DNA of 64,000 nt, taken from positions 186,001-250,000 of the forward strand of contig MU053448.1 of the NCBI GenBank assembly GCA_013239625.1. The letters run 5' to 3'. The position numbers were made by a program, and so were the translations under genes. The notes under the pieces are model-generated. The model was not told where the DNA came from, made no database searches, and worked only from the letters and a program-made list of their open reading frames with translations. Source of the stretch: Lama guanicoe (lineage: Eukaryota). Shown one piece after another: positions 43,256 through 58,778 of this stretch; within the stretch, counting starts at the first letter, position 1, and each line of letters begins with the position of its first letter.

Positions 43256-44022
43256 CAGCTCGCTTCCTGACCCATCTGCTGTCATGTCTGACACATGGTA
43301 GCCTTCCTCTTGGTGACATTCACTAAACTGGAACCGCTTTGCACTCCAGCATCCACTGGAGCTCCGATCTGGAGTGTGTGCTGATTTCCAGAGTGTGAGT
43401 GGCCCCGTCATGCCTGAGTTCAAGTTAGCACCTTGCAGTGTAATAGCTCCTACCCTACCAGTCAGGTCTAGGTCACAGGTAATGGTAAGAGCGTCAAGAA
43501 GCAATGACTTTTGCAGACTTTCTTTGTATTTCATAATATTTCTTTCAAGTTGATGGCCTTTAATACCAATGAAATGCTGTGTTTCACAGCCTCCGAGGGA
43601 GGGAGCAGTCAGCTCCGAGAGCCCAGGCCCGAGGCCCAGCACTCGTGTCTGGGCCCAGACAGGGTGGGCGCAGGGTGGGCAGATGTTGGCACCAGGCTCA
43701 GGGGAGGCGGGTGTGTTGAGGGTGGATCTGGCGCGGGACCTGGGCCTCGTGTGCGCCCTGCAGACTCGGGGAGCTGCCTTGGCTAATGCCTCCGTATTCG
43801 TCACGTCACCCTGTAGTGGAATCAGAAAGTTAAAAAGGGATGCTCCTTGAGACAGTGTACTGAGCATCTTGAAAACTGGTCACCTGAGTCCCTCCCTTCA
43901 AGCAAAGGGGACCAACTCGTCAAAAACATGGTGAGGGTTGGTGCTGAGTGTGAGGAACCACCCGCTCTCCGAGCCCCAAGGCCTATGCTTTCTGCCCAAT
44001 AGCTCCGACAGATTTAATTCTT

Positions 44023-44177
44023 TTTCTTTTTAAACTTACTTGTTTTTGTGGGGGTGGAGGAGGGAGGTAATTGGCTTTATCTCTTTATTTACTTTTAGAG
44101 GAGGGACTGGGGATTGAACCCAGGACCTTGTGCGTGCTAAGTATGCGCTCTACCTCTGAGCTATAAACCTTCCGCCT
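44023..44177 (-). mobile_element. Camelid SINE
   Basis: Family match; TSD cagatttaattctt/cagatctaattctt. Confidence 0.88.
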
Positions 44178-44489
44178 CAGATCTAATTCTTAACACACTT
44201 TCCCCCACTCCGTTGATGGGATCGGCTTGCTGCTGAAATGGTGTGTTGTGCACGTAGGTAGTTATGGCAACACTGTCTAAGTTCCAAGCGATGTCAGTTC
44301 CAGCTCTCCCGTTAAGGACGGCGTTTGTTCCTGAGTCTTTGGCTGGCTCGGTTTGTACTAGCGCTTATGTTCTCGCATGTGAGTAATAGGGGAACATTAG
44401 TTCTGCCAACTCTGCAGTGAGGTGTCGAGGGGTCTTGGCACGGGTGATGCGTTGTCCTGAATCCAGCAGCTTTGTGGAAGGCAGTTTGT

Positions 44490-44643
44490 TTTTAAATTAT
44501 TTTATTTTATTTGGGGGGGGAGGGGAAAGGGGGGTAATTAGGTTTGATTATTTCTTTATTTTTAGAGGAGGGACTGGGGATTGAACCCAGGACCTCGTGC
44601 ATGCTAAGCATGCGCTTTACCCCTTGAGCTATACCCTCCCCCC
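44490..44643 (-). mobile_element. Camelid SINE
   Basis: Family match, reverse orientation. Confidence 0.88.
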
Positions 44644-44660
44644 AGTGGTTTGTTCATTAA

Positions 44661-45257
<597 letters not shown>

Positions 45258-46244
45258 TGAGGCGGGACCATGAGCGAAGTGAATTTCCTTGTTTAATGGT
45301 TCCACGCTGCTAGGAGAGAGCCAGGGGGAGGGGAGGACATCGGGAACAGACTGCGGGGGTTCTGACTTGTGCCCCTTTTGCGTGTAGAGGGAAGAAGTGC
45401 AGGAGCCCCTGGGTCAGGGGAAAGAGGTGTCGGGGGGCCCAGAGGAGCCTGGAGTAGGCGTAGGAGGAAGGGCTGTCTCTTCGGCTCCAGGCCTTGTTAA
45501 TTCCTTCCAGCTTTGCAGCCAGGATTTCTGTGTCCTCGTTTGGGCTGGCGTGTTCCCCACACCTGCGCCAAGCCTGGCTCTAAGCCAGCGCTGCTGGCAT
45601 GTGGGGTGTACAGGAAGGGGCAGGTGTCTGAGGGGGAGCAGTGAGGGTGTCATTTCTCACATCTTAGTGGACAAGGCATTGAGGTCAGGGTCAGAGTGGT
45701 GGTCAGTGGCGTGGATGCTGTGAGCGGTCTAGGGGGACCCGGGGACTTGGGGCCACGTACACAGGTCTGGTTTTTCAGATTCTCAGGAGGACCGCGACAT
45801 CTGGGGGACAGCTCTGTCTTCTGGCCCTGACCACTGCAGGACAGTGAGCACCCCATCCCTCACTCCCAGGCAGTGGTCATCATGTAACCAAAATGATTGA
45901 AAGACAGCCCAAATGCTTGGAGCACGTTGCCTCCTTGCAGACCCCTCGTCAGCAGCCAGCTCCCCATTGAGGAAGCGTCACCTCACCCCTCCTCCCGAGG
46001 CCAGCGTGCCCCGCAGGGTGGAGGTGGGGGCCCGCCCCCGGGACTTCAGAATGTGATGGCAAACTGCGCTCCTGAGGAGCTCACAGACCACGCGGAAAGC
46101 TTGTTTCCACCTCTGAACAGGCGTGTCTGGCAGCACATGTGGTCCTGTCTGCCTTCTGGGGTCTGCTCTGGTACTTTGTAATAAGATGAAGGTTTTAATA
46201 AGAAGAAAGAGATCTACTTTTGAATGCTTTGCTCAGTTTATTTT

Positions 46245-48900
46245 TTAAACAGATTTATGTAGAATCCGCATACCAGACAATTCACCCATTTAAATTGCGC
46301 AGTTGGAAGGTTTTTAGTGTATTCGCTGAGTCCTGCGGCCACAGTCCATCCTGAGCACTTTCATTGCTCTGCGCAATAAGCAGTCACTCCGCGGCCCCTT
46401 CCCTCAGCACCTGGCATCTGCTGCCTGCCTGTGGGTTTGCCTGCTGGACATTTCATATAAATGGAATCATGTAACATGTGGTCCTTGGTGACTGGCTTTT
46501 CTCATTGAACATAGTGTTTTCAGGTTCATCCATGTTACAGCATGTCTCAATAATTTTACAGCTTATTTATAATAATTTTAGGCTGAATAATACTCCACTG
46601 CATGGACACACCACACTTGGTTGATTTCTTTATCTGAGGTTGATGGATGGACAGTTGGCTTATGAATAACTCTGCTGTGAGCATCTGTGGACAAGTGTTT
46701 GTGTGGACGGAAGCTCTCATTTCTCTTGGGTTAGCTCCCTGGGAGTGGAGTTGCTCTGTGTTTAATATGCTGAGGAACTGCCAGGCTGTTCTCAAGGTGG
46801 TCGCACCATTTTACATTCCCGCCATCAGGGTGTGAGGGCTCTGACTTCTCCGCATGTTTGTCTACACTGTTGCTGTCTGTTTTTGTGATTCTGGCCAACC
46901 CAGTGACTAGGAAGTGGACCCTGGTTGTGGTTTGGGTTTGTATTTTCTTGATGACTAATGAAAGTGAGTACCTTGTCATGTGCTTGTTGGCCGATTGTGT
47001 ATCTTCGTTAAGAAATGTCTCTTGAAGTGCCTTGCCCATTTTTAAATTGGGTTATTTACCTTACTTTTTACTCTTGAGTTGTGTGAGTTCTTTTTTTTTT
47101 TTTTCCCCAAATTGAAGTATAGTCAGTTACAGTGTGTCAGTTACACATCAGTTTCTGGTGTACAGCATAGTGCTTCAGGCATACATACACATACATGCAT
47201 TTATTCATTTTCATATTCTTTTTCATTATAGGTCACTACAAGATATTGAATGTAGTTTCCTGTGTTACACAGAACATTTTTGTTGTTTATTTTATATATA
47301 GTAGTTAATATGAGTTGTGTGAGTTCTTTATATATTCTGGATACCAGTCCTTTATCTGTTATATGATTCTCAGACATCTTCCCCTGTTCCTTTGGGTGTC
47401 TTTTTGCTGTCTTCATGATGTCCTCTGAAGCACAATTTTTTTTATTTTTGATGTAGCCCAGTTTTGTCTATTTCTTTCCTTTGGTTGTTTGTGCCTTTGT
47501 GTCATAAGGAAGAAACTATTGCCTAACCCAAGTCACAAAGATTTGCCCCTTGTTTTCTTCTAAGAGTTTTGTAGTTTTAGCTCTTCTATTTAGATCTATG
47601 ATCCATTTTAAGTTACTTATTTTACATGGTATGAAATTGGTGGTCCAGCTACATGCTTTTGTGTGTGGATATCCAATTTTCCCAGTATTGTTTGTTAGGC
47701 TCTTTTTACCCCTACTGAAGGCACTTCATCAAAAATCAGTTGGCTGTACACCCCATGTTCATTGCAGCATTATTTACAATAGCCAAGGCAAAGAAACAGA
47801 CTAAGGGTCTATAGACAGAGGAATGGGTCAAGAAAATGTGGTGTTTGTCATGCAATGGGATATTATTCAGCTGTAAAAAAAAGATGGAAATACTGCCATT
47901 TGTAACAACATGGATGGACCTTAAGCGCATTATGCTAAGTGAAGTAAGTCAGCAGAGAAAGACAAATACTCTATGACCTCACTTTTATGTGGAATCAGAA
48001 AAATCAGACTCATAGAAAGAGAACAGACTGGTGCTTGGCAGAGGCAAGGGGTGGGGTAAATGGGTGAAGGTGGTCAAAAGATACAAACTTCCAGTTATAA
48101 GATACACCAGTTCTGAGGATGTAATGTACAGCATGGTGACTACAGTTAACAATGTGGCATTGAAAGTTGTTAGGAGAGTAAATCTTAAAAGTTCTAATCA
48201 CAAGAAAAAAGATGATGTGAGTTGGCGGGTGTTAAGTTGCTGTGTAATCGTTTCACGGTGTGTACCTACCAAATCATGCTGTACACCTTAAACTAACACA
48301 GAGTTATGTATCAGTTGTATCTAAAAAAAACTGGGTTCGGGGGAGAAAGAAAATCAGTCGACTATAATCCTGTGGCTTTATTTCTGGCCTCTCAGTTCTG
48401 GTCCACATGGACCTTTATGTCTTTCCTTATGCCAGTACCACACTGTCTTGATTATTTAGTTTTATGGTAAATCTTAAAACCAGATTGTATAAGCCCTCCA
48501 GTTTTGTCCTTCTTTTTGAAGATTGTTTTGTCATCTTTGTCAAGATTATTTGTGGATCCTCTGCATTTCCATATGACTTTTAGGATCAGCTTGTCAATTT
48601 CTGCCCTCCTCCCCCGGGGCATCTGGAATTTTAATGGGGATTGCAGTGAGTCTGTACATTAGTTTGGGGAATATTCGCATCTTCTTAACAATATTGAGTC
48701 CTTTAGTCCTTCAGTCCATGAACATGGGGGATGTCCTTCCACTTATTTAGACCTCCTTTAATTTCTTTCAACATTGTTTTATCATTTTTGGAGTACATGC
48801 TCTGTACTTCTTCTGTTAAGTTTATCCCTAAGTATTTTATTTCTTTTGATGCTATTGTGAATGCAGTTATCTTATTAATTGTATTTTCAAGCCGTTTGTT
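46245..48900 (-). mobile_element. Old L1 with two nested younger L1 tails (47094-47310 minus; ~47748-48349 plus)
   Basis: Perfect 19-bp TSD tgagttgtgtgagttcttt (47075-47093, 47311-47329); aaaatcagt repeats around the second insert; ORF2 peptide IKYLGINLT. Confidence 0.85.
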
Positions 48901-50155
48901 GGGTTTCTTTTGACCAGAGGGTAAGCGTTTGCTCTGAGCAGGGCCGGCGGCTGGGCTGGAGCAGTCCACAAGGACATCAGTGCAGGTATGCGCAGGTCCT
49001 GCGGCCCTGGGAGCCCCCAGGTCTCCTCGCTTTATGACAGTGACCAGAGGCAGGTTCTGGGCAGTTTTGTTTGTTTGTTTTTTTTTGGTTTTGTTCTTAC
49101 TTCCCCGTGATGTGAATGTCCAAGTGTACAGAGGGAGAGAGACCCGTCCTGGCCCCTCGGGTGCACACTCAGCTTCCTCGCCTGCCGCTCTCAGCTGCTC
49201 CTCCAGCCCTTCGCCTCCATCTGGAGGCAAATCTAAGACAACAAAGCACTTCCTCTGAAAATATTTCCTATGTGTCTTTACAGGATAAGGGCCCTTTTTA
49301 CACATAACCATGATACCATCACCCCTAAAAAGCTCACAAGTACACATTCCTTAACATTGAATAGCTGCTCATTGTTCACATGTCCCGGGTTCGCTCATTA
49401 GCACCGGTGGTTTATTTTCCAGGTTGGTTTCCTCAGGGTCTACATTCGTCCGGTGCACCGCAGTTGGTCCATGTGCCTCTCCGGCATCTCCCTCATCCCT
49501 GTGTTGTCACTCTTGTCATTTACTGTTTCCTCTGCCCCCTGTGTGTCCTGTGTGCTCCTGGGTCAGAGGCCGGGTGAAACTGCACTCTCGTCCTCCTGGC
49601 CCCTTCAGTCCTGCGGCCCCCGTGCTGAGGGCCGCGGGGGTCCGGCTGGCTCTCTGGGTGTGGGTGGCAGCGTCCCCGCCAGGATGCGACATCACCAGGG
49701 CTCAGCCCGGTGGTCCTCTCAGCCCCTCCCCAGCTGCTTGCTCCACGGTCCTGTTCCTCCCGGAGACACACAGACAGGATTCCTTTGCTTTATGTATCAG
49801 TTGTGAAAATAATTGATTCCCTGGCATCTTCTAAAGTAACAAACCAGTTTTTCTGAGTAGTGTTTTGAAGTCAGACTACTTTGGCTTCTTTCTGTCTTCT
49901 TCTTTTTCTCCCATGCTGGAAGTCTGGTTCCTAATGACTCCAGCCTATTTTGACTTGATGCCTCAATATGCATTCAGCAGTCTTAAAATAGCAGTGCTGG
50001 CCCTGCTAATAACAATATTATTACTAGAAATTCATATTTACTCTGCAGTTGGTTTTGTCCCTAGGTTTCTTTTGCTAGGAATGTTAAATCAAATCATTGT
50101 TTTTCAAAGTCGCTGAAGTGGCTTGTTTTATGTTGGTCTCAGCCTATAGACAGCC

Positions 50156-50619
50156 TGTAACTGTGCCGCTGTGGCAGCCCCCACAGACGACCCCCCCCCC
50201 CGAGCCAGTGCTGTGGCTGGACCGGCCCTTGTGATTCTTACTATCATTGCAAGATGCCCTCAGCAGTGGCCATCAGAGAACTTTGGGAGAAAAGGGTTTA
50301 TGACTCACAGGTCCTAGACGGCACACAGCATGCCTGTGAGGTCCTAGGGAGGGAGGGAGCACCGGCCTGGGGTTCTGCCTATTGGGGCTGAGGGTGGGGT
50401 CCCAAGGGTGGCACAGATTCATTCTCTGTTGGTAAATTTAAAACACAAGAGCGGAAATAAGGGCACAGGAGGGAAAAGCAGAGGCTACAGTTATCTCGGT
50501 CACTGTGGGCTTTCTTCACAAGGGGAACTTCACGGTGGGCTGGCTCATGTGTTTATTCAAGATGGATGTCTTTGAAATGGTTGCCTGGGCAACCCAAATC
50601 CTCACGTTGGGCCCTTACA
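50156..50619. mobile_element. Probable old ERVL-type LTR
   Basis: TGTAA...TTACA inverted termini and LTR-like internal motifs; no clear TSD. Confidence 0.45.
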
Positions 50620-51161
50620 CTGTGTGGTTCCCGTGTGTGGTCATGGTGCTAGTTCAGGACTGTGTAGTTCAGTTCATTGTTTCATTTTGCTTTTGAGTTT
50701 GGGGGATCGCTTCCCCCCCCAATTGAATTTTATGTCATGATACATAAACCATTTATGTGGTTCCAAAGTCAGGTGTATCAAAGGAGGTATATTCAAAGAA
50801 GTATGCCTTCCCCTCCACCCTACGCCCTCCCACCCTGTAGATAAACATTCTTAAACCTAAGTTTTCGTTATTTGATATAAGCAAATACACGTGGTGTGCA
50901 TGGTTTCCTTCATTCGCTACGTGGAAACATGCCGTGCACACGTTTCTCTCGGGACTGTGTCTGGAGACCCCTCCAGCATGGTCGGTGCTGGCCTTTCTCT
51001 GCTTTGAGCTGTGGTCCCCCCACCTTGTGACGTGGTGAAGAGTCTGGTGTTCACATCATTTCCTACTTTCGTGAGTGTACAGAGTGGGGTAGGCTCCTAG
51101 AAGGGGAGTCATGGGTGGTTCCCCGGAGGTGGGCGACTTCCTGATGCTCTGTCATCCCTAG

Positions 51162-51505
<344 letters not shown>

Positions 51506-52388
51506 AAGAACAAATTGGCTTTTTACCTTTGACACTAGAAATAAGAATATGTGTGAATTTAAATGTTTCTCAGATAACTCAATGTATATTTCATTTATGT
51601 ATGTTACAAATACAGGGCCATATCTTTTTTTTTCTTTTTCATTTTTCAGTTTTATTAGAATTGTTACAATTTGACTGCACATATGCAATATATTGCATGC
51701 AAATATATATACACAATATATTGCACATATTTTTAAAATTTACATATATGCACTGTTTACTGTTTCTAAGAACATTCAGAGCTTTAACTTTTAAACTTAC
51801 ATAGTTATCAAAAGAATAAAGCCAACTACAAAATAAGAATTAATTGAAAAAGATACATACACCCCACTATTAGCAGCAACATTATTTACAATTGCCAAGA
51901 TATGGAAGCATCCTAAGTGCACGTCACTAGATGGATGGATGAAGAAGATGCAGCATATACATGTAATGGAACACAACTCGCCCACGAGAAAGGATATTTT
52001 GCCATTTTTGTACAGCACCTTATCTTTTAAAACATTGACAGAATTAAATTTGTACCATTATGATGTTTAATTCTCAGTTATTTAAACAATAGTCTGTGTA
52101 GTTCCAGCCATCAGTTCTTTTATTTAGAATTCGTAGTTCCTGATGCCATAGAAAGATTCGGATACCCACGTCATAGGAGATTTTCCCTTTTTTTGTCTAA
52201 TTTGATCAGACATGGATTATTTTATTTGGATGGATATCTGATTGTATGAAAGGCCAATTCTTTTAAAAGTGGTGATGAAAGGCTTATTGTAGTCTTGGAT
52301 AGTCTACACAAAACGTCCGGGCCATTTTACGTGATGTATTTCTTAAAGTCACGTGGCCAGAACGTTCTGCAGTTTTATGGAGATGGAC

Positions 52389-52552
52389 TGTGTGTGCATA
52401 TGTTGTGTGTGTGCATGTATGCGATGTCTGTATGTGCAGGCTCGTGCGTGTGCACAGGGAGCGTGTGCATGTGTCTATGCGTGTGGGTGTGCACGTGCAC
52501 CTGTGCATGCATGTGGGGCGTGCGCGTGTGTGAGCACGCGTGCCTGTGCATG
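52389..52552. repeat. Degenerate (TG/CG/CA)n alternating tract
   Basis: ~160 bp of mostly alternating purine-pyrimidine sequence. Confidence 0.85.
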
Positions 52553-52576
52553 ACTCTCGGGCTCAGCGAACATTAG

Positions 52577-52864
<288 letters not shown>

Positions 52865-54322
52865 TAAACGGCCAATTTTATGTCCTCATGTCTGTGGAGG
52901 GCAGCCCTTTGCATCTGTCATGGCTAGCAAATCAGAGAGGAAAAGAGGTTGTGGGTTCCTGGTCTCCATGTGGACCCCTGGGGCAGGTCAGGGCTCATGT
53001 GAGCTGGAGCAGCTTCAGGGTGTCGCACGGAGGCCAGAGGGAGACCCCGTTGCGGCTGTGCAGACCCCAGCTCCTGGCCCTCCCGTGTGTTGGCCGTGGT
53101 TCCCCCAGCTCTGCACGGTCTTCCTGACCCTTTTGACGAACAGTATTTAATTTCTGTGCCAAACATTTTCTTTCCTTTTGGAGCTGTGCATTTCCTGCCT
53201 CGTTTAAGAAGTCTTTGCAGACTCCCGAGGTCACAAAGATAGTCTCCTACGTTGTCTTCTAATGCAAGTCTGCCTTTCACATTTAGATCTAAAATGCGCT
53301 CCCCCCCAACCCCCCAACTGCTTGACTTGCCACCTCTGTGGTGAGTCAGGTGGCCGGGCCTGGGCGGATGTGTCTCTGCTCGTGTTCTAATCTGTTGGTC
53401 AGTTTGTCCTTTCCTAACACCCCTTTGTCTTAATTACAATAGTGAATTGTAGGTTAAAGCAGGTCTTTATGTTTTCAAGAGTTCCTTGACTGTTCTTGCC
53501 CTTCGTGTTTTCATACACATTTTAGAATCATCTTTTCGTATCCCAGGGAAACCCGTTGGAATTTTTCATGAGAATACGAATAAACCTATATAGATCACTT
53601 TAGGAAGAACTGACACATTTATAACGTGTTTTATGAATATGATATGTCCCTCTAATTGTTAAGATTCTCTTTAATTTCTCTTTTCATTTGTAAAACTCTT
53701 ACACATCTTTTATGAGCTTTATTTCTAGATGTTTGATATTTGATGGTCTAAGTTTTTTCTGAATGTTTATCACTGGGGTTTAAAAATCAAAATTACTTTT
53801 TGTGTCTTTCCCTGTATCTACCAACTTTTCCAAACTCACTTATTAATCGTAATACAGTATCCATAGATTCTTTTGGATTTTCTCCTTACATAATCGTATC
53901 ATCTGGAAATGATGACAGTTTTATTTCTCTCTCTTCTTCCCCACCCCCATCACACTGGGTAGGACCCCTCCTCATCACATAGAAGGAGGCTCCAGGCATC
54001 TTTGTCTTGTTTCTCATCTCAAAGGGAACGCTTTCAACAATTCACCATATGATGTATGTGTTGTAGATCTCTAGTAGCCAGCCTTCATCAGAGTGAGAAA
54101 GTTGCCTTCTATTCCTTGTTTGCTAAGAGATTTTATCCTGGACAGATATTATTTTTCTAAAACACTTTGTATCCATTGAGACAGTTGTATGACTTTTCTC
54201 TTTTATCCCATTAATGTAGTGGATTTACATTGATAGGCTTTTTTGCATCAGGTTTGATGTTAAGCCAGCCTTGCATTCCTGGTATAAACTCAACTTGACC
54301 ATGATGTAGATGTAGTATTCCT

Positions 54323-54336
54323 TCTCTCTCCCTCTC

Positions 54337-54414
<78 letters not shown>

Positions 54415-54415
54415 T
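54323..54415. repeat. Compound (TC)n(TA)n(CA)n microsatellite
   Basis: Direct reading. Confidence 0.95.
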
Positions 54416-55334
54416 ATTGCTGAATATAACTTGCTTTATTTTTATTTAGATTTTTACATTAAAGTTAGTGAGAGTGGCTTTTAACAAAATTTTTTTCTTT
54501 TAATGTTTTATGTGAGAACATTGTTAGATTTACAGAAAAATTGCAAAGATAGTACTCGTGAATTCCCATATACCCACACCCATTTTCATTAATTACTAAC
54601 ATCTTACATTAGTATTGTTGCATTTTTAATAAACCAATCTTATTACATTATTGTTAGCTGAAGCCCATGCTTTATTCAGATTTCCTCACTTTTCCCTAAT
54701 GTCCTTCCCCCGATCTGGGTCCCACATTACATGTCGTCACGTGTCCTTTGGCTCCTCTGGGCTGTGACGGTTTCTCAGACTTTCCTTGTTTGCAGTGGTC
54801 TTCATAGTTTTGAGGAGTACTGGTCAGTGTTTTTAGAATGTCCTTCTGTTGGAATTTATCTGATGCTTTTTTCGTGATTATGCTGGGGTTGTAGCTTCTG
54901 GGAAGGAGGACCACAGAGCTGAAATGCTGTTTTCATCACATCATATCAAAGGTCCGTGCTGTCACTGTGATTCATCACTGCTGGTGTCGCCCTTGCTCAC
55001 CTGGCTGAGGGAGTGTCTGCCATGTGTCTCTGTGGTGAAGTTACCCACACCGAGCACCCCCCCCCCTTTCTGTAGGGTGCTTTTGGGAAGGAAAACGCAT
55101 TGGGCTTAGCGCACACCTAAGGAGTGGGTAATGCTCCTTTATACCCTTCCATTCTAGTTCTTGGATGCTTGCTTCATAAAATGGTTCGTGGAGTGCTCCC
55201 TTTCCTGTTGTCTGTGGTGGTTTGTATAAGATGTTATTTTTTCCTTAAATGTTTTCTCGCATTACTGGTGAAGCTTTTCCTTTATGGGATGGTTTTTGAA
55301 ACTTTTGTTTCTTTACTATATGTAAGAGTGTTCA

Positions 55335-55472
55335 GGGGGCAGGACATAGCTCAGTGGTAGAATGTGTGCCTAGCATGCACAAGGTCCTGGGTTCAATCCC
55401 CAGTACCTCCATCAAAAAATAAAGTCAACAAATTAACAAACAAACCTAATTTCCCCCCCAATTTTTTTTTTT
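55335..55472 (+). mobile_element. Camelid SINE
   Basis: TAGCTCAGTGGTAGA A box, GGTTCAATCC B box, family tail. Confidence 0.87.
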
Positions 55473-56734
55473 GAAAAGTGCAGATTTTCTATTTCTTCTA
55501 GTGTCAGTTTCTGTAAGTTGTATTTTCAAGGATTTTTAAAGAATCTTTCTAAATTTCCTAATTTTTTGACATGGCTTTTTGTTATAATAAGTTTTCATCT
55601 TATTTTGGCAACAGCTTTTTTCTCCACATACCATACAGCTCACCCATTAAAGTGTGGAATTCCGTGCTCTGTGGGGGATATATTCACAGAACAGCAATCA
55701 CAATCAAGTCTGGAACCCTTTTACTACCTCACAAAGAAACCTGCACCCATTAGTAGTCACCCCCCCCCACTCTCCCCTTCCTTTGGCCTGTGGCAACCAC
55801 AAGTCTGCTTTCTGACTCGGTAGACTTGCTTATTCTGGACATTTCCTATACAGGGAATCATGCAATATGTGGCTGTGATTGGCTTTCACTTAACAATGTT
55901 TTCAAAGTTCACATGTGTGTCGGTATTTCATCCTTTTCATTGCCAAATAATATTCCATCCTACATGTAGATCACGTTTTATGTTTCTGTTTGTTAGCTGA
56001 TGGACATATGAGTTCTGCTTTTTCACGTAGGAGTGATGCTGCTGTGAACGTTTGTGTGCAGGTTTTGGTGGGCTTGTTTTCGCTCCTGATGACACACTTG
56101 GAGTGGAATTGCTGGGTCATATCCATCTCTGGACATGAAATAGAGAATTTGCCTTTTTAAATGGAATTTTTCCCTTTTTTTTTTTTTGGTGGTGGTTATT
56201 AGAAAAACGAATCTCCAAAGCAAACAGATAAAACATGCATGTTTCTCTGTAAATAAGGATAGTACATTGTCTCTGATGCCATCACAGAGATGAAGTCTGA
56301 GCAGTGCATTTTCTGCCAGCCTTTTTCTGCATATTAAATCACTGTGTCATTACTGTTGAACAGATGGGATTTGGGCTACCAACTTGTAACTTCTTTTTTC
56401 GTTTTCAGATAATAACTCATTTGCCTTCCTAAATCTTTTTCTTCTTTTTCGTTTGAAGTCTTTCACAGAGAGATACACCCTGATGGATTCAGAAGTGTTT
56501 TGAGTCAGTTACCAGATGCCCCTGATAGCTCCAGGCCAAGCAGATCCATCACTGCCCTCAAGGCACTCGTGGTCTGATGCGGTCAGACCCAGTAGCAGGG
56601 ACAGCTGCAGGTGCAGAGCAGGAGGCCAGGGAGAGGCCCTGTGCACGGGGGAGGCAGCCTCCCAGCGTGTGCCAGACCCGTGGAGCTCAGCTGTCACCCT
56701 CCAGCACACTGAAGGTCACCTGTCCCCCCTATAG

Positions 56735-57028
<294 letters not shown>

Positions 57029-58069
57029 TGAACCGCCCACAGTGAATTAACTGCAGAAGGTCTAAGCAGTCTGGAGACCCAGGGGCAAGGGTGTGTTTAC
57101 CTGGGGTCTGGGGGTCTCTCAGAATCCATGTGACAGTTCTGTCCGCCAGGCCTGTAGGGACACACTGGCCAGCATCTCACCTCCCATCTCGCGTGGTTAT
57201 CATCCGTTCCTTTTGGCCCTTCCTACAAGCTGGTCAACAACTACGTACATATGGTCGAGCTACTGTGAGCTAGTTTTCTTTTAATGTGTAGCTTTATAAA
57301 GTTGTCTTTCAGAGACATTTTTGCAGTGTAGCTCACAGGGGCTCACACAAGTGTTGATTCCACTTTGTTGCTTTACGGTTGATGTAATTGTCACCTGGTG
57401 TGGTATGACTTTAGCATTACTAAGATTTTCCACTCCGAGGCTTCCCAGTTTTTGTTCCCTCGCCTGGAACAAACTTAGTGGAGGCTTTCATGTTTCCAGT
57501 AACGCCTCGGCGTTGCTCACGCTCACCGTGATGCCGCCTCACTGAGTGGGAGGTGTGCCGTGTAGTGTAAGAGTCACTCCGGTTTCAGCTAGAATTTCCC
57601 CACCAGGTGTTCAGGATGGGTGCGTGGTTGCCTGTACTCCAAGGGTGGCGCCTGTTGGGGTCTCCGCACGGTGGAGCCGTGTTGGGGATGGGACCATACT
57701 CCAAATGGGCTGGGGACATAGGTCCAGTCCCCACGGTTGTGTTGGTGACCTCATGTTCAAGTCAGAAGACGGGATCAGTCACAGGGAAGTCGAGTTTCAG
57801 GTCTCAGTGAATGTCTGTGTTTTGTACACTTGCTGCCCTTGGCATGACTCAGTGTTTAGGAAATCAAACATCACTTCCGGGCTAACTGATGCAAACTGCA
57901 ACTACATTAGCTCTTCTAGGGCAAGTAATGTCACCAAGAAAACAATCTGTTTTTAAAGTTTCATGTTGATCCACTTGAAATGAACCAGTTGAAAGTTTCA
58001 GCTGGTCCATTGCCACGTCCCCCGAGTGCCCCTGGAGGAATTCATGTGTAAGAGCTGGCTGTGTGTTAG

Positions 58070-58318
<249 letters not shown>

Positions 58319-58778
58319 TGACCCTGAGCTGAGGGGGCGGTGAGGGGGCTGGGAGTGAAAGGACCTCAGGCAGGTCAGATATTGCCCGTGTTTCTTCTCG
58401 TTTATGGCCTGCCCGAGTGACTCTGGAGCCTAGACACCCTGCATTTCAAGGGTTTGGTCATTTGCATGCAGAGCTTTATTCGACTATGTGAACACCTGTC
58501 CTAAAAATGCGGGTCAAAGTCTACGTGCTAGTGTTTATGCTGTGTTTCCTGATGGGTGCTTAAATGTCATGATAATAGTTCTGACATTGGATCTAAAAAT
58601 CATCATTCCTAAAGATAGAATTTGGGGGAAGTTAAAAACGGCTTTGGCGTGTCCCCAGTCTTCAGTTCCCTCTCCTGGCTCGCTCCACCCCTGCTGCGCC
58701 CCTTCCCCGCCCCCGCCCCATGCAGCTTTCCTCCACCCCTCTTACCTGGTGTCACAGGCCCTCTGCTTTCCCCTCCTG

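Larger units (their letters stand above)
53150..56130 (-). mobile_element. Cluster of old L1 fragments in intron 13
   Basis: Degenerate ORF2 and 3' UTR motifs. Confidence 0.7.

Noticed and set aside
43067..43867. 266-aa minus-strand ORF
   Set aside because: Non-ATG start, runs through a DNA transposon remnant, no recognisable homology.
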